Assembly (NCBI RefSeq): GCF_006345805.1
Contig: NC_043004.1
Coordinates: forward strand, 45,384,001 to 45,448,000
DNA length: 64,000 nt
Direction of reading: 5' to 3'
Source: Octopus sinensis
Lineage: Eukaryota
In this document: in pieces, positions 37,625 through 52,309 of the stretch
How the letters are laid out: every line of letters starts with the position of its first letter
Numbering within the stretch: position 1 is the stretch's first letter
Position numbers and translations under genes: made by a program
The notes under the pieces: model-generated
Database searches by the model: none
What the model saw: only the letters and a program-made list of their open reading frames with translations
Told to the model about the DNA's origin: nothing

Positions 37625-38951
37625 ATATATATATATATTATATATATATATATATATATAACTTTCTATCTATATACGTATATAAAAGAACAAATGCACA
37701 AAATCATATTGATCACATGTTTAATAAATATCACTCCTACTCATATATAAGTGCTAATCCATTCATATACACCTATCACATGAAATCTCAGCAATATCAA
37801 ATATATTTAACACTGTTTAGGCATTTCTTAGTAAATTCAATTATTTCAGAAATATTAACACTTGAGTTGTCTCCCTGCTTTTACTTCTCTGAAGAAGGCT
37901 ACATGGATGTCATAGAACTCTGCTAAGCTAACTTTATAATTAGTATAAAGGGACCCTTTTAGATTAATTTGAGCTGTAAGTTCTCTAGGTTTTTGTTTAT
38001 CAACTAATTAAATTTACTCACATGCACACACTTACTTTAGCTTACTAGTTATGCACACACATGTTTCTATGTGTTGTTCATCATGTAAAACAATAATAGA
38101 ATCTACACCTTGCAGGTTTTGTCTTTAAAAATGACCATCAGTTGGCAGTCAGTAAACTTATGTAGGTACCAGACATTCGCTACATATAATACTAAATTTT
38201 ATAAAGTACAAACTACCCAATTCAGTTTCATGAATATAATTATATACAGTAAAATAAACTTAATTAGCACGTAGAACCTCCCTGTTAACAAACTCTTCTT
38301 GGTGAGAGAATATGTCTTCAAAATTCCCCTAGATTGGTCTTTGAAAGTGTCATAAATAAGTAGATGTTTCATATCAACATATCAAGCAGTAAGTATATAA
38401 TTTCAATAATTTATACATAAGAAGATTATTCATAAATGTGTGTGTATATATAATACATTTAGATATAAACAACTGGTATATACTTCAAGAATATTGTGTA
38501 TTCTTGAAGTGTGTATGTATGTTTGTATATATGTATATATATGGGCGTGCTGGATTTCTCAGTACTTACTAGTGGAGTACTTATCAATTTTTGTAAGGAA
38601 AAGGCATACTAGCCATCATTTGATGATGCTTAGTATGCAGAAACTTTGAAGTTACTGTTAACTGTTTCCTTGTAAAAGTTAATATATTTTTGTGTGTGAT
38701 AACACTTGAACAGAAAGTACTCAGTACATTATATATATGTATACACATGTATAGAAAAGAAATGCATATGCACACAACATGCACACATATATATTATGCA
38801 TATAAGTGTGCATGTGTGTATTTGCTGCTTGTAATAGCAAGATTATTTATCTATCATAAGCATTAGCATAAGCTTAATAGTCATTTGGCATTCCATGGTC
38901 AGAATGAAAGATTAACAGATGATCAATCCTATTGACACAAACACCTACACA

Positions 38952-39000
<49 letters not shown>

Positions 39001-39041
39001 ATGTATGTATTATTATTTATGCACGCATGTTTTATAATTCA

Positions 39042-39421
39042 CTAGCAGTATCGCCCGGCATTGCTCAGGTTTGTAAGGGAAATAACTATAAAGCATTTTT
39101 AGAGTTATAGCCAAAAAACAGCAAAAAAATGGAAAAAAATGATGGTAAATTTTTTTTTTAGTTAAAAAAGGTGGAGTTGCGTCCCCTAGACAGTTTGCGG
39201 TTTGTGTTTCTGATTCTCGACCCCATGTCGAATTTATCGATTTTTTTCAGAACTGGGGGAACTTTTCAAAATTTTCGCTGCGTTAGTTTTGAATTATGAC
39301 ATTGGGCTATGTGTGTGTCAAGTTTCATCAGAATCGGTTGAAAGCCGTGGTCAGGGTGAGGGTACAAGCAAACAGACACACAGAAAACGCACAGACAAAC
39401 TGCCGTTTATATAGAGAGAGA
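39042..39421 (-). mobile_element. Non-autonomous Helitron (380 bp)
   Basis: Minus strand A|TCTCTCTCTATATAAACGGCAG ... cctgagcaatgccgggcgatactgCTAG|T; AT target, no TSD. Confidence 0.85.
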
Positions 39422-39793
39422 TATCATATCACAGATACAAGGATACACATATTACAGTGAAAACATGTTTGACAATAGTGACACATGCACCAATATATGC
39501 ATATATTTGTGCAGTATATCATGTTTACCCTGTATGTAGATGTCTTTATCCCTCAGTCCATTTGTCTGTTTCTTTTGCTCTCTATATATGTACTGTATGT
39601 ATATATATTTTATGCTTATATATATATATATAATATATATATATATATAATGTATATATATATATATAATGTATATGTAATAATATATATATATTATATA
39701 CAATATGAATATATATATATAATGCATATATATATTACATTTAATATATGTTATGTGTACATTATATATAATATTTACATTATATATGTATAC

Positions 39794-39868
<75 letters not shown>

Positions 39869-42687
39869 ATATATATTATATACAATATGAATATATATAT
39901 ATATATATATTATATATATGTATATTACCATAAAATATAGTGTTATATAGTATTCTTAGAAACAAGTATTCATCTACTTAGTTTTTTTTTTTCCACCTTT
40001 GTTTTTCTTTTTCTGTATATTTTTTTTTCTTCAAATCTATGTTATTAATTCCAACACCTTCAGCTTTTATTTGATTCAAATTTTTGTTTCTGATATCCAT
40101 CTTTAAATAGCCATTCAACTCAAGATGATTTTGTTTTGCACTCTCTCCTCACCTAATCAGTTTTCTTAACTTTATTTTCCTGTTGAATTTTTTTTTTTTA
40201 CTCAGGCTATAGACACATAAAGGGTAAGCTCCACCCATAAGAGGATTCTGCAGTCTAGGGTCAATTCTTTTCCTATTTAAAAATTTTTCAAAAACATTTC
40301 CTTACTGCCTTTTGACAATGGTTACTGTTGTCAAAGATTTTCATCTTTCATCTCAAGTTTTTTTTTTTCTCTGATTCTTCTCATCTTTAACTTCCTTTCA
40401 TTTCATCTCCCATCTATTATCTCTTCTTCTTATCTCCATTTTCCTTACTTGCCTTTTATCTCATCTTTCATACATTATCACTTCCCTTCTCTTCACGTTT
40501 CTTCTCCTTTCAACTCTCCTTTTGTATCTCTTTTCCTTTCTGATGCGTGCATGCATACACACACAAACACACACATATTCTAATGCAAGGAATTCTTATT
40601 ATCATTGTGACAATTTAGGTGGCAAGCTTGCAGAGTTGTTAGCATACTAGACAAAACGCTTTGCAGTATTTCTTCTGGTTATACGTTTGGTGTTCAAATT
40701 CCACTGAGATTACTGTCTTTTATGCTTTCAGGCTATGTGCATATGGCAGAAAGAATTATTACTGTAACAACTGCCCCTAGTTTCTACTCCTAGTCAGATT
40801 TTCATCACTTCACATTCCAGAGGCCATATTGTCTCTAATATCCTATTCATATGTTAATTTAATTTTCAGTTTTACTTCAGGAATATCAACAATTAACCAT
40901 TATTATTTTTATCATTATTAAAGTAGTTATTTATTTATAGAGAAAATATTTTTTCTTAATAACTGCTCCCTTATTTATTTTTTACTTCATAACAATGATT
41001 TTCGATCTTATTTAATATAAACACATCTGTAAAGGGTTTAGAAGTGATTAGATTTATTTCCTTATTTCTAGAATTATATTTCATTTAGTAATTTTGATTT
41101 TCTTACTCATTATCATTATATAATTAGCAATAATTCTTAATGTAGACACACAGTCTCAAATGTTGAAGTCAAGCACTGTCAATAAAATTTGCTGCTTCTT
41201 ATTTCCTCAACCCCTGGGTGAACTGAAAGTGAAGGTTAATTCCAGTGAGATTTGAACTACAATGCATAGAATCTAATCAAATACTGCAAGGGATTATGCC
41301 TGGCAATCTATCAATTCTGCTTTTCACTTCTGTTTATAATCATATTATGATAAATGATATTAGCACTGTGGCATCACTCTTTTGTTTTGTCACTGTTATG
41401 TTTCTGATAATGTGTTCTCTTAAATCCCTCCATCTCTTTGTTAAATTAATTGTCTTTGGAGATTCTCTAGATCTCAGTGTGTTTTTAGAAGTTCTCTCTG
41501 TCTGACAGTAATGAGGTTGGCAGTCGTTACAATCACTTGGAGATGGATATGTGGGTGGATTGTGGATGGGGAGTGTTTTGAGCTTTGCTACATATCAATT
41601 AACATTTCATGGGGATGTTAGTTAACAAGAGCAGACTCTACAGTTCATTATAACAGTGTGTTAAAAATATGCATGCAAGTGCTCTTTTATAATATCAAGG
41701 GTCACTTGGCTACAGCCACACCTATGTTGGTATTATATGTTACATGTTGCCAACTTTGTTTGGCTGACTGAATATTTAGAAGGCAATATAGATGTGTATG
41801 ATAAAGAAATATCATGTTTTATAACGTCTCTCCTCGATATTTCTTTATTTGCAATTTTTTTTTTAAGTAGAAGAAAGTGCTGCAAGAATCTATGCCCTCT
41901 TTACAGTCCTTCTGCAACTTGTGTGAAGGAAGGAAGAAGTTATCTTTAGACGGGTGTTCTGGCCTAAAGTTACCCAACAGCCATCAATGGAAGCTAAACT
42001 AAGCATTAAATCTAGTACCCAAGAACTGTATTGTAAAGAGATCATATGAATGCACTGCAAGGAAGCAGGTAAGGGTCTTCAGCCCTGCAAACTGATATCT
42101 AAACCATAAAGGCATCGTAGATATCACTATGATCCTTATGCTGTTTCCTCTCTGTCTTGCCTATCACTACTATAATGGCTCCTGTGCCTCAGAGCTGGCT
42201 AGTTTCATAACTCCACCACTCAGGCATCCTCAAGTCACTCTTCCTTCCAACTACCATCACTGTGCTCATGTCTTTCTTGTAGGGTATTAATCTATGACAT
42301 TCTAGATGGAACATAAATGGTATCAAGATTACAGATCTATGGGGGCCTGTAAAATTGATGAGCCATTTCCTTTCCTCCTCAAGTAACCAAACAAGATAAT
42401 GGTGGTGGGAGAGAAAAAAACTCTAGTATTTTTCTTTACATTCTGTTCTTTAACTATATAAAAAGAGATCCGAGATTCTGCATTGCCATCACTACTCTCT
42501 GATTCATTGTCTCAGCTCACAATTGATAAACTCGATACGTTCTTCACCTACTTGGAAGAAACATTCTGTTAATTCCTCAGTGGTGTTGCTGTCACTGAGC
42601 TTAGATGTAGTAGTTGTCATTTATTTAGTTCAAGCAGCTGACAATGATGAGTTTAGGATGAAAATCTTTGTAAATGTCATCATTTAG

Positions 42688-42913
42688 CCCTTTCGTTACC
42701 ATATTTCTGTTGAAATGTATTGATTTTGTTTTAATTAATTTTCAAAATAATAAAGTATTTTGTAAAATAATTTTTTTAAATATTATTATTAGTTTGATGT
42801 TTGGAATAGAGATTAACATGAAATTTTGATAGAATTTTTATTTTGATCACTTTAAACATGAAGTTTGTATCATAGCACCAGGTATAGTTTCAGGCAGGTT
42901 GATATCAGAAGGG
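42688..42913. mobile_element. piggyBac-type MITE (family 3), degenerate TSD
   Basis: ttag|CCCTTTCGTTACC ... GATATCAGAAGGG|tcaa; 226 bp. Confidence 0.7.
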
Positions 42914-44671
42914 TCAAAAATGCAAGTAGAAATATTACTGTGTCCAAGTAGCACTTTCATATCAAAGTAAAACAGTAGATTTCAAGAAAACTTGCATTGA
43001 TGTGCATCAACTAAAGAATTAAAATTCTCTTTTCTTCAATGCAAAATAATTTTTTCCAATGGCCCCATATTTTGGTCCGTCTTCTTTCAATATGAGTTGA
43101 GATTTTTACTGGAGACCACTCTGCATTTTATCCCCATAGTGTCAATGAACACCAATTATTTACTGTGATAGATTTCTTTTTTTGCTCTTGTGCATCCTAC
43201 CACTATAAACCAAAAAAAGTGCTTTTGAGCCATTTTAATGTAATGTACTCAGTGCTTGTGTTTGAAATGTGGTAGAGAGCAATGAATTTGATAATAGCTC
43301 TTCTAGTTTCATAGATGGGTATAGGCTATAAAGTAAGGGAAGATTTTAACTACTGAAGTTTCATTTTCTAACTGTTCTGGCCTCTCTGCCAAAGCAAGGA
43401 CCAGAGATCACAATTGGAAAAGTTCTTAAGGTTTTAATAATCACAGCCCACACCTCACTTAAAATTTTCAGCAACCCGTTTGTGCAACAGATTCATTTGG
43501 TAAATAAAGGGGTATCACACCTAAAGCAAATTTCCCTTGTATTTAAGGCCAAGTGTCCTGTGCCAATATAAAAAGACAAGTCCTCATCATTCTCCTCATC
43601 ATCTACTTCACCATAATAACAATTTTATGAATAAAATATGATCTCCCTTTGTATTTTGGTGAAATCTTGTTCTTCCGTCCTTATTTAGCTCTTATTCAGA
43701 CAGTGACACCTAATATCCAACCACACCTGGATGTGACATTGTGAAATACAATGGATGTGTGTGTGTGTGTGTGTGTATAAAATTTTGCTGATCCATTGGT
43801 TTGTTACTCTGGAGTTGCTCCTCTACACATAGTTGATTTCTTATACAGCAACACACACGCATGACATTTTATATTACGAGAATCTATGTTTCTTATATAT
43901 TCTTCACCCTCTTTTGGAGTATGTCTTCTATTTGTTTTTTTCTCTTAATTTGTGCTTTTTTTTTAAAGAAAAACACAACTCAGAAATGAAGTTATCAATA
44001 AAATAAGTCTTGAAAAGACAGACTTTCTACCTTCTCTATTTCCTTTACGATGTTAACACACAACACAATGTTGAATATGTATAGTTTTTATTCTTTCTTT
44101 CTTGTATCCACGCCATGTCTTGTTGCATGCTACAGAAAGAATAAAAATTAAAGAAAATAAACAATGCATATTTTAACTAACTAAATAATTAATTAATCAA
44201 CTAATTAACTAATATCCACAGTTTTCACCATGTAGACAGCTGCATTTTGGTAACAGTTCCTTCCTCTCTTGCCTAAGCCTTCTCCCAGTTATTTTTTTCT
44301 TTTTGTTTATGATTATTTTGGAGAGTTCGGGTTGGTGTCTTCCACTGTGTTTGTTTTATACACTTTTTTTTTATTTTTCTTCATTGCCCTTTTTTTAATT
44401 TTTTTTTCTTGATTTGTAAAACTTTTTCTGTAGTTTATAATATAAAATGACTGGCTAAACTGAATAAACACTTGAAAATGAAGACACCTTTATACATCTG
44501 TTTAATAAATACATGTCTACCTGGTTTTTAGTGTTTTATTCCTCTTAGCCATCTTTCTATATTATTATATTATCACCCTAGAACAAAATTGTTAATTTTT
44601 ATTGAGCTCTTTGCTAAAATGTTTTACACAGAAAAAATATTTTCATTGTATTTGCAAGATATTTATTTTTG

Positions 44672-44718
<47 letters not shown>

Positions 44719-46090
44719 CATACATACATACATGCACACACAAATATACATAGCCCCTTTTAGCCTATAATTTTTTTTCTTGTTGTTTTCCTAAATTTTT
44801 TTGTTACCACCACCTTAGTTCCTGTATTTATTTTTGATGTTGCGCTGTTTATATTTTGCACTAAAAAAAAGTGAAAGGAAGAAAGAAATAAAAAGAGTGC
44901 AATATTTTGTAACAAGCTAAAGGAAGTTTGTGAGACACAGTACCTTGCAAATATATGTTTATTATTACTTTTATTTTGTAAATATTTAATATTATGTATA
45001 TATAAGTACACACACAGACATTACTTTTTAGTTGAGAGTATGTGTGAATGTGTATATATATATATATATGTGTGTGTGTGTATGTGTGTGTGAACGCATA
45101 AGACACATACATGCCTGTAGCAAATTGTTGGGGTTTGGTTTAAAAGAAAAAACCAAAAGGAAGTAATCTTCATTGAACCTACGTAAACTTCCAAAGAAAC
45201 TAAAGTATAAAGAAAAATCAGTAAAATAAAAACCAAACGCTATTGAATAAACTAATTAACAGATGTTAAAATAATTAAGAAACATGAACATTCTGAAATT
45301 TTTTGTAGACGGAATTTTTTCTTTAACAATGAAAGAAGATAAACTGCATATAAAGTAAAAAAAAAAAAAAAAGACATGCAAAAAAAAAAATGATACTCTA
45401 AGGTGTCTAGCTCCTCTTCAAGATTGCATTGAATAAAAATGTAAATAATAATAATAATAATATTAATAATAATAATAATTATGATAATAATAACAATAAT
45501 AATAATGATAATAGTATTGATGATAATAATAATAATAATTATAATAATCACAATAATAACTATATTTCAAAGCAGAAATATAACATCAGCAGTTATGTTT
45601 TTTAATTTTCTAAGAAAAATTTATCTTTATTATTAACATAGTTCTTTATCATGGTCATTTTTTTATAGCACCATATATTTTGGGAATCAGGGATAAATAT
45701 AAGTTTGTGCATGTGTGTTAAAGAGGAGTTGATATATGAATCTCTATTGTATATATACACAAACATATATAATGCATAACTGGAACTCTTATCTTACATA
45801 TGCATGTGTGTATATATATATACATACATACATACATATATATATATTTATATATATATACATATGTATATTTATATACATATATATATACATACATATA
45901 TATAACTATACATACACACACGCTCATATATGTATGTGGTTGTGTATAATTATCTATGTGTATATAAGTATATATAAAGCATCTATGTACTTATACACAG
46001 ATGTATGTATATATATATGTGTGTGTGTGTGTGTAAAATTTAATGTCTTCCATGTTTATATATGTCTATATAAATATATGTATATGTGTG

Positions 46091-46147
<57 letters not shown>

Positions 46148-47075
46148 TATATATATGTAGAGAGAGAGAGAGAGAGCAAGAAATATATATGTATATACAT
46201 GTACATACACACACTCTCCACATCCTTTTCATACACAGCTATAAATATTAAGTGGGTTAACTTTATTCTGTGTGTTGCTATACCATCATCATTTCCAAAA
46301 CTTGGTGCCCTTCACTTCACTAATCCATCTTATTTATGGAACACCTAGATTTGTCTTTAATTCTATTAGCATTGGTACCGTTAACTCTGCCATGACTACA
46401 TATTATTGGCTCCTTTGCAGTTTCATTTTATATTCATTAGTGTAGGTTTTTTTAATGGCGGAATGAAATTCCAATCAGAAACCACTTTGCAGCACGGAAT
46501 TGGTCGAGTTTATCATGACACTGGCACTGAAGAAGAAGAATATCTTTAATAATGCTAAAATAATAATGCTAAAAATTTGCCCGTGCTCTAATTACAAAAT
46601 GGAAGCTAATGGATATGTTTTAAATACACCTGTGTCATGAATTTAGGGATAATGTCTTAAATGGTGAGCCCCTACTTCTAAAATACAAAAGAAGTGAAAA
46701 TAATTCTAATCATGAAATTTGGTTCAGTTTGATCATACAGAAAAATCAATCCTAGCTCCGGTTGTTAGTGACCTCCAAAGAAAACGAGTGATAATTTTCC
46801 AACATAAAAATGTAATTCTGCAAAATTTAATTCATATGATTAGTGGAACCCTGATCATCATTAAACTGCTATAAGTGATGCAGTCACACCTTTCCTTGTT
46901 CCTTCTTTTTTTTTTTTTTTTTCAAGTTTAATGGAATATTGTTGGTAAAGTAAAGGGAAATGTAACACTTTATCAATTGGCTGATATTAAGTAAGTCATA
47001 ATAGGCTAAGGGAAATAAATCAAGTGGGTCAGTGGCACACAGATGGATCAAATACATTGTAACATGCAAAGGCAT

Positions 47076-47119
<44 letters not shown>

Positions 47120-47644
47120 TATATATACATATATATATACATACATACATATATATATACATATATATATATACATACATATTTATATATATATATATAT
47201 ATACATACATACATATATATGCACATAGGTATATGCATTTATATGTACATATATATTTGTATAAATGCATGTGTATACCTTGTATGTAGGTGTGTGTATA
47301 TATCTCTATATATGTGTGTGTGTGTGCATATGTATGTATGTATGTACGTATGTATGTATGTATGTATGTATGTATAAGTGATTTAAATTCAAATCAAAAT
47401 ATCCAGGCACACTCATGTGATAGTTATTGTTTGAATTATGTTTTGTCATTAAATCCAACATGAGATTAAAGATTAAAGATTGTCCTCAATAAAATCTGGA
47501 ATTTCAATGATTTTATTTTTACCTATTTTATTCCAATTTACTCAAGCCAGAGCTCATATTGGAACTGATCATCTTTATTGTTGTACTTATAATTGCTGTT
47601 TCATGTTGCTTTCTCAATCCCTCTGTTGTTTAGCTTTATCATTG

Positions 47645-47725
47645 CTTTATTATTATTATTATTATTATTATCATTAGAATTTTCTTCTTATTGCTGTTGT
47701 TATCATTATTTATATTTTATTGTTT

Positions 47726-47765
<40 letters not shown>

Positions 47766-47927
47766 ATTATTTTTTCTCTGTGTTCCCCATGATTATTGTT
47801 GTAAACAGTAGCCAGTAATAAATTACAAGCCATTGTTTAGTTAATATCCTTTTGTCCAAAACCCTTCTTTGTTATGATTTGACAAGCCTGTGAACTGGCA
47901 TATAACAACATATTATTTTCGCCCCTT

Positions 47928-47967
<40 letters not shown>

Positions 47968-48070
47968 CATTATCATCATCATTATTATTATTATTGTTAT
48001 TTTTATTTTCATTATGGTTAGTATTGTTATTGTTATTATTTTTACTGTCATTGTTGCCATTATTGTTATT
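47645..48070. repeat. (ATT)n-rich trinucleotide fields
   Basis: Direct reading; another (AAT)n field at 45428-45560. Confidence 0.9.
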
Positions 48071-48418
48071 GTTATGCAACAGGAATATAAAAAAAGACAA
48101 AACCAAAAAACAGCACAACACACGTTACATTTAAGTTAAAAAGGATAAGAACAGAAGCAGAGAAAAGATTTGGCTATAAAAAGGGACAAAAAAGAAAAAA
48201 AAAAAAAACACAGTTACACATGAATTTATATTTTAGTTGTTTCCATTTAATTATAAATCAACCCCCCCACATCCACCCCAGTTTTTATTTTTATTGGTTT
48301 TTTTTTTTTGGTTTTTTTTTAAATATAATGTTATCGCTCAGAAAGTGACTGATCTGAATTTTGATATTACCCAGTAAATTATATTTTCTTTGGTTGAGAT
48401 ATATTCATGGAAAAAAAT

Positions 48419-48456
<38 letters not shown>

Positions 48457-48683
48457 GAAAAAGACTTGTTTTTCATGTTTCAAAAGGGTGATGATGTGAA
48501 GGTGGGGTGGGGAGGTGGGGGAGAATGAAAAAGAAATTTAAAAAAAAAAAAAACAAGGCAGAAGAAATCGAGATAAAACTTTGGTGTTTGCATGGTATTA
48601 TTTCAAAGGTCTCATAAACACCCTATTCTTGGAATCTGCTTTGCAAAATCTCACAAACTTTTAATGACTTCATAGATATATAT

Positions 48684-48727
<44 letters not shown>

Positions 48728-48964
48728 GTGCATATATGTATGTATATAAACTAGTCTACCGCTTGAGGTAGGTGAATTGGTAGTGGAGGGTGGTGGGGAT
48801 GCTTATTTCATCTGGCAACTAAAGAATTGTTCATACTGGTATCCATGACGATATGCATTTTCTTTGTTGTGATGGTATATGAAAGAACATTTTATATGTG
48901 TGTGTGTGCATGTGTGTGTGTCTGTATGTATATATATATATATATGTGTGTATATATATATATA

Positions 48965-49144
48965 CACATATGTATATGCAAATGTGCTATATTAATACAT
49001 GTATATGTATATACTGTACATTTACGATATATAATGCTTATATGCATATATATGTATATATATATATATATGTATATGCAAATGTGCTATATTAATACAT
49101 GTATATATATATATACTGTACATGTACGATATATAATGCTTATA

Positions 49145-49188
<44 letters not shown>

Positions 49189-49275
49189 ACATATGTATAT
49201 GCAAATGTGCTATATTAATACATGTATATATATAATGTACATTTATGATATATAATGCGTATATGCATATATATA
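48965..49275. repeat. Three-copy higher-order repeat with embedded variable (TA)n
   Basis: gcaaatgtgctatattaatacatg at 48978, 49078 and 49201. Confidence 0.9.
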
Positions 49276-49714
49276 TTTACATACATATATATATATACAC
49301 ACAGTGTTTATGTGTGTGTATGTGTAAACATATATTATAGGTTTGTATATGAGAGAAGAACCAACTGAATAAATAAATAAATACATAAATGAATAAAATG
49401 ACTTTGCTTAGAAACCGATTTGTCTCTTTTGATTTGCGGCACAATGGAACATTTCTTGTGTTGACTGTTTTCATGTTGTTCTTGTTGTTACTACAGTTCA
49501 CCAATTTAGAGAGTAGGATCACTCTCTCTACCACTCGCAGGCTCTGGTATGAATGATACAATGGTTCGGTTCTTCAGAGAATGTAGACTGACCCAGTTGA
49601 ATACATCTTGATTATTCTGAAGACCATTGGGGCACCTGATATATTTTGGTGCCAAACTTAATTTCTCTAATCTTTTCAGGTTTTCTTCTTTGTAACAAAG
49701 CTGTTATATATCAT

Positions 49715-49900
49715 CATGATCATCATCATCATCATCATACTTCTATTTTCCTTGCTGGTATGTCTTGGATGGTTTGACAGTATCCAATGTGTCCAAGGTC
49801 TGCTTCCTGCTCCAATGTCTTCTCCGGCATGTTTTCAATAACCAGATGCCCTTCCTAATGTCAACCATTTTACAGAATGTACTGGACGCATTTTTCTCTT
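49715..49900 (-). mobile_element. Old RTE-like 3' end
   Basis: (CAT)n, ggatggtttgacag, agatgcccttcctaatgtcaacc. Confidence 0.65.
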
Positions 49901-50031
49901 TGAACTCTCGTTAGCGTGATTGTCATGCCGTTTGTGACACTAAGATCTCTTTCAACTGAGTGGGCTGACAGCGGCAAGGGAAATATCTTTATGCTAGGAT
50001 ACACACACGCATGCACACACATACACACAGT

Positions 50032-50340
50032 GGAGGCACATGGGCTAGTGGTTAGAGCAGCGGACTAGCGGTCAAGGGATCGCGGGTTCAAATCTCAGAC
50101 CGGGCGATGTGTGTGTTTATGAGCGAAACACCTAAGCTCCATGCGGCTCCGGCAGAAGGTAATGGCGAACTTCTGCTGACTCTTTCGCCACAACTTTCTC
50201 TCACTCTTTCCTCCTGCATTTCACAGCTCACCTGCGACAGACCGGTGTCCCGTCCAGGAGGGGAATCTATACGCCAAGAAACCAGGAAACTGGCCTTCAT
50301 GAGCCAGGCATGGCTCGAGAAGGAACAAACAAACAACAAA
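50032..50340 (+). mobile_element. Well-preserved tRNA-derived SINE (family B), full length
   Basis: A box TGGGCTAGTGG (50041), B box GGTTCAAATCT (50085), CpG-rich body, (AAAC)n tail; flanking acacatacacaca at 50017-50029 and 50341-50353 may be a 13-bp TSD (weak, lies in a microsatellite). Confidence 0.88.
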
Positions 50341-51089
50341 ACACATACACACACACACACACACACACATATATAAAGCAAGTACAAATAACAAAAAACA
50401 AGGTACTTTCACAATTAACATTAGCTTTATACTGTTGTCATTTATCACAAGTCCTTAATTTGAGTACAAATCTTTCACTGGGGTTATAATTTAGTCTTCA
50501 CAACTAGTTGTCTATCTCATTACTTGCTGAACACATACATATGTATGTATGAGCAAAAATAGCCTATTAGAAATAATTCAGAATGGCCAACAGCATGTAT
50601 ATGGGCAGCATATGCAAATACAGATATATCAAATACCATACAACATAAATTCTTGACTTATTAGAATTATCTCTGCCCCTAGAGGATATGTCACAATTCT
50701 CAAATCACAGTTGAAGTTAGCTCTATTGGAGAAGTGGCGATAACATCAAGAATCAAGAACTCTCCAAAGCTGTCATGTTGTTTAGGGAAGGGCAGGTTTA
50801 CTCTCTGCTGCTCAGAAAAAACTTCAGCCTCAGTAGGTGTCTATCAGCACAGTAATTATCCTTACCATCTCTTACAGCAAAGGAGATCTAGACATATAGA
50901 AAAAGAATAGAACACATTTATGGCTGAGGTAATTTGCATATATTGTACAAAAATGAACTAAGAGAAATACCAATGGCATGCATATGAACAACATAGACAA
51001 ATACAGGCATATCAGATACCCTACATCATAGGGTACATCATGGTTTACTGTAATTGTCTTTGCCTCTGGAGTATGTCAAAGTTCATATA

Positions 51090-51507
51090 TATATATCTTC
51101 TACTCTTTTACTTTTTCCAGTCATTGGACTGCAGCCATGCTGAGCCACCATCTTGAAGAAATTAGTCAAGCAAGTCGGCTCAGCCCTAGTACTTATCTTA
51201 AACTTGGTACTTTTATCAGTTATTTTTGCTGAACAGCTAAGTTGCTGGGCTGTAAACAAATCAACACCAGTTGTCAAGTAGAGGTTGTGGGGACAAACAC
51301 AAGGACAGGTACAAATTCACACACACACATGAATATATATATACAGTGAACTTCTTTCAGTTCCATCAAGCAAATCCCTTCACAAGGCTTTGGTCAGCCT
51401 GGGGCTATAGTTGAAAACACCTGTGCAAGGTGATATGCAGTGGGACTGAACTCGAAACACAGCCATGTGGTTGAGAAGCAAGCTTCTTATCACATAGCCA
51501 TGTCTGC
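51090..51507 (-). mobile_element. SINE family A, degenerate full length
   Basis: Same order of motifs as 62731-63112, including the internal (CA)/(TA) tract. Confidence 0.8.
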
Positions 51508-51917
51508 ATGCATCCCCACTCCATATTTATTATTGAAATGTCTACAACTGGCCAATATAATTACTTGCATGTAATGATATCATTCAAATATTCAATCTTT
51601 AGAGGTCTACCAGACTTCAAGTTTGTTTTTGTCATTTTGTGGTTTTAAGACCATAGTATTCAAAATAACAAGATTTATCTAGAAAAAAGGGTTATTAGGC
51701 TACTGTGTGTGTTTGTGTTATTTTTACAATGTTAAACATTTTGTTACTTTTTTAATCAGATTTGTCCTTCCTGTCCACATCTACCCATTCAGCTCCTAAT
51801 GCATCACCATTTCACTACAACTGTACATTCCAGATAATATGAAACATTTGTTATTTTTATTATTATTACTTGTAAAAACTATGAAAAGTTCTAAACTTTT
51901 GTGTAGGAGAAAGTTAA

Positions 51918-52113
51918 CATTGTAGCATTTAAACCAGCCATATCCAGCCCAAATATTGTCTTATGTCCAAACTGACCAAATCCAGCCTCTTTCACTTACT
52001 CTACAATGTCAGAGTAAAAATAAACAATCACATCATTGAAGTCTTACATGCTTAATTCAAACCAATTTGAATAAATAACCATTACATTTGACAGTAATTT
52101 GAATGCTAAAGGC
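51918..52113. mobile_element. piggyBac-type MITE family 2, degenerate
   Basis: TTAA|cattgtagcattt ... gaatgctaaaggc|TTAA; interior matches 10529-10746. Confidence 0.7.
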
Positions 52114-52309
52114 TTAAACCACCATCCTATCATATCTGTAATCTCACCGAATATGATAAGGAAATGATTATCACTTCTTTATCATATTTGGTGGGATTAG
52201 AGGTTTGGATCTGAAATTAAAGAATAAGGAGAAAGATAACATAGAATCCATATATTTATTTATTTATTGTTGCTTACTTTTTATGAAGTTCTTGCACGAA
52301 TTTAGTAAA

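Larger units (their letters stand above)
35720..37660 (+). repeat. Near-perfect tandem duplication of a ~950-bp unit
   Basis: Non-microsatellite blocks 35951/36903, 36113/37064 and 36402/37341 are identical except for homopolymer lengths. Confidence 0.95.

Noticed and set aside
50032-50105. Possible tRNA gene (also 16075-16148 and 62228-62300)
   Set aside because: A and B boxes are present but there is no complete cloverleaf or acceptor stem, and each continues into a SINE body.
50592-51029. Two ~55-bp ~75% similar direct repeats (50592 and 50975) suggesting a TRIM/LTR relic
   Set aside because: No TG..CA ends, PBS, PPT or TSD recognisable; low-complexity composition.
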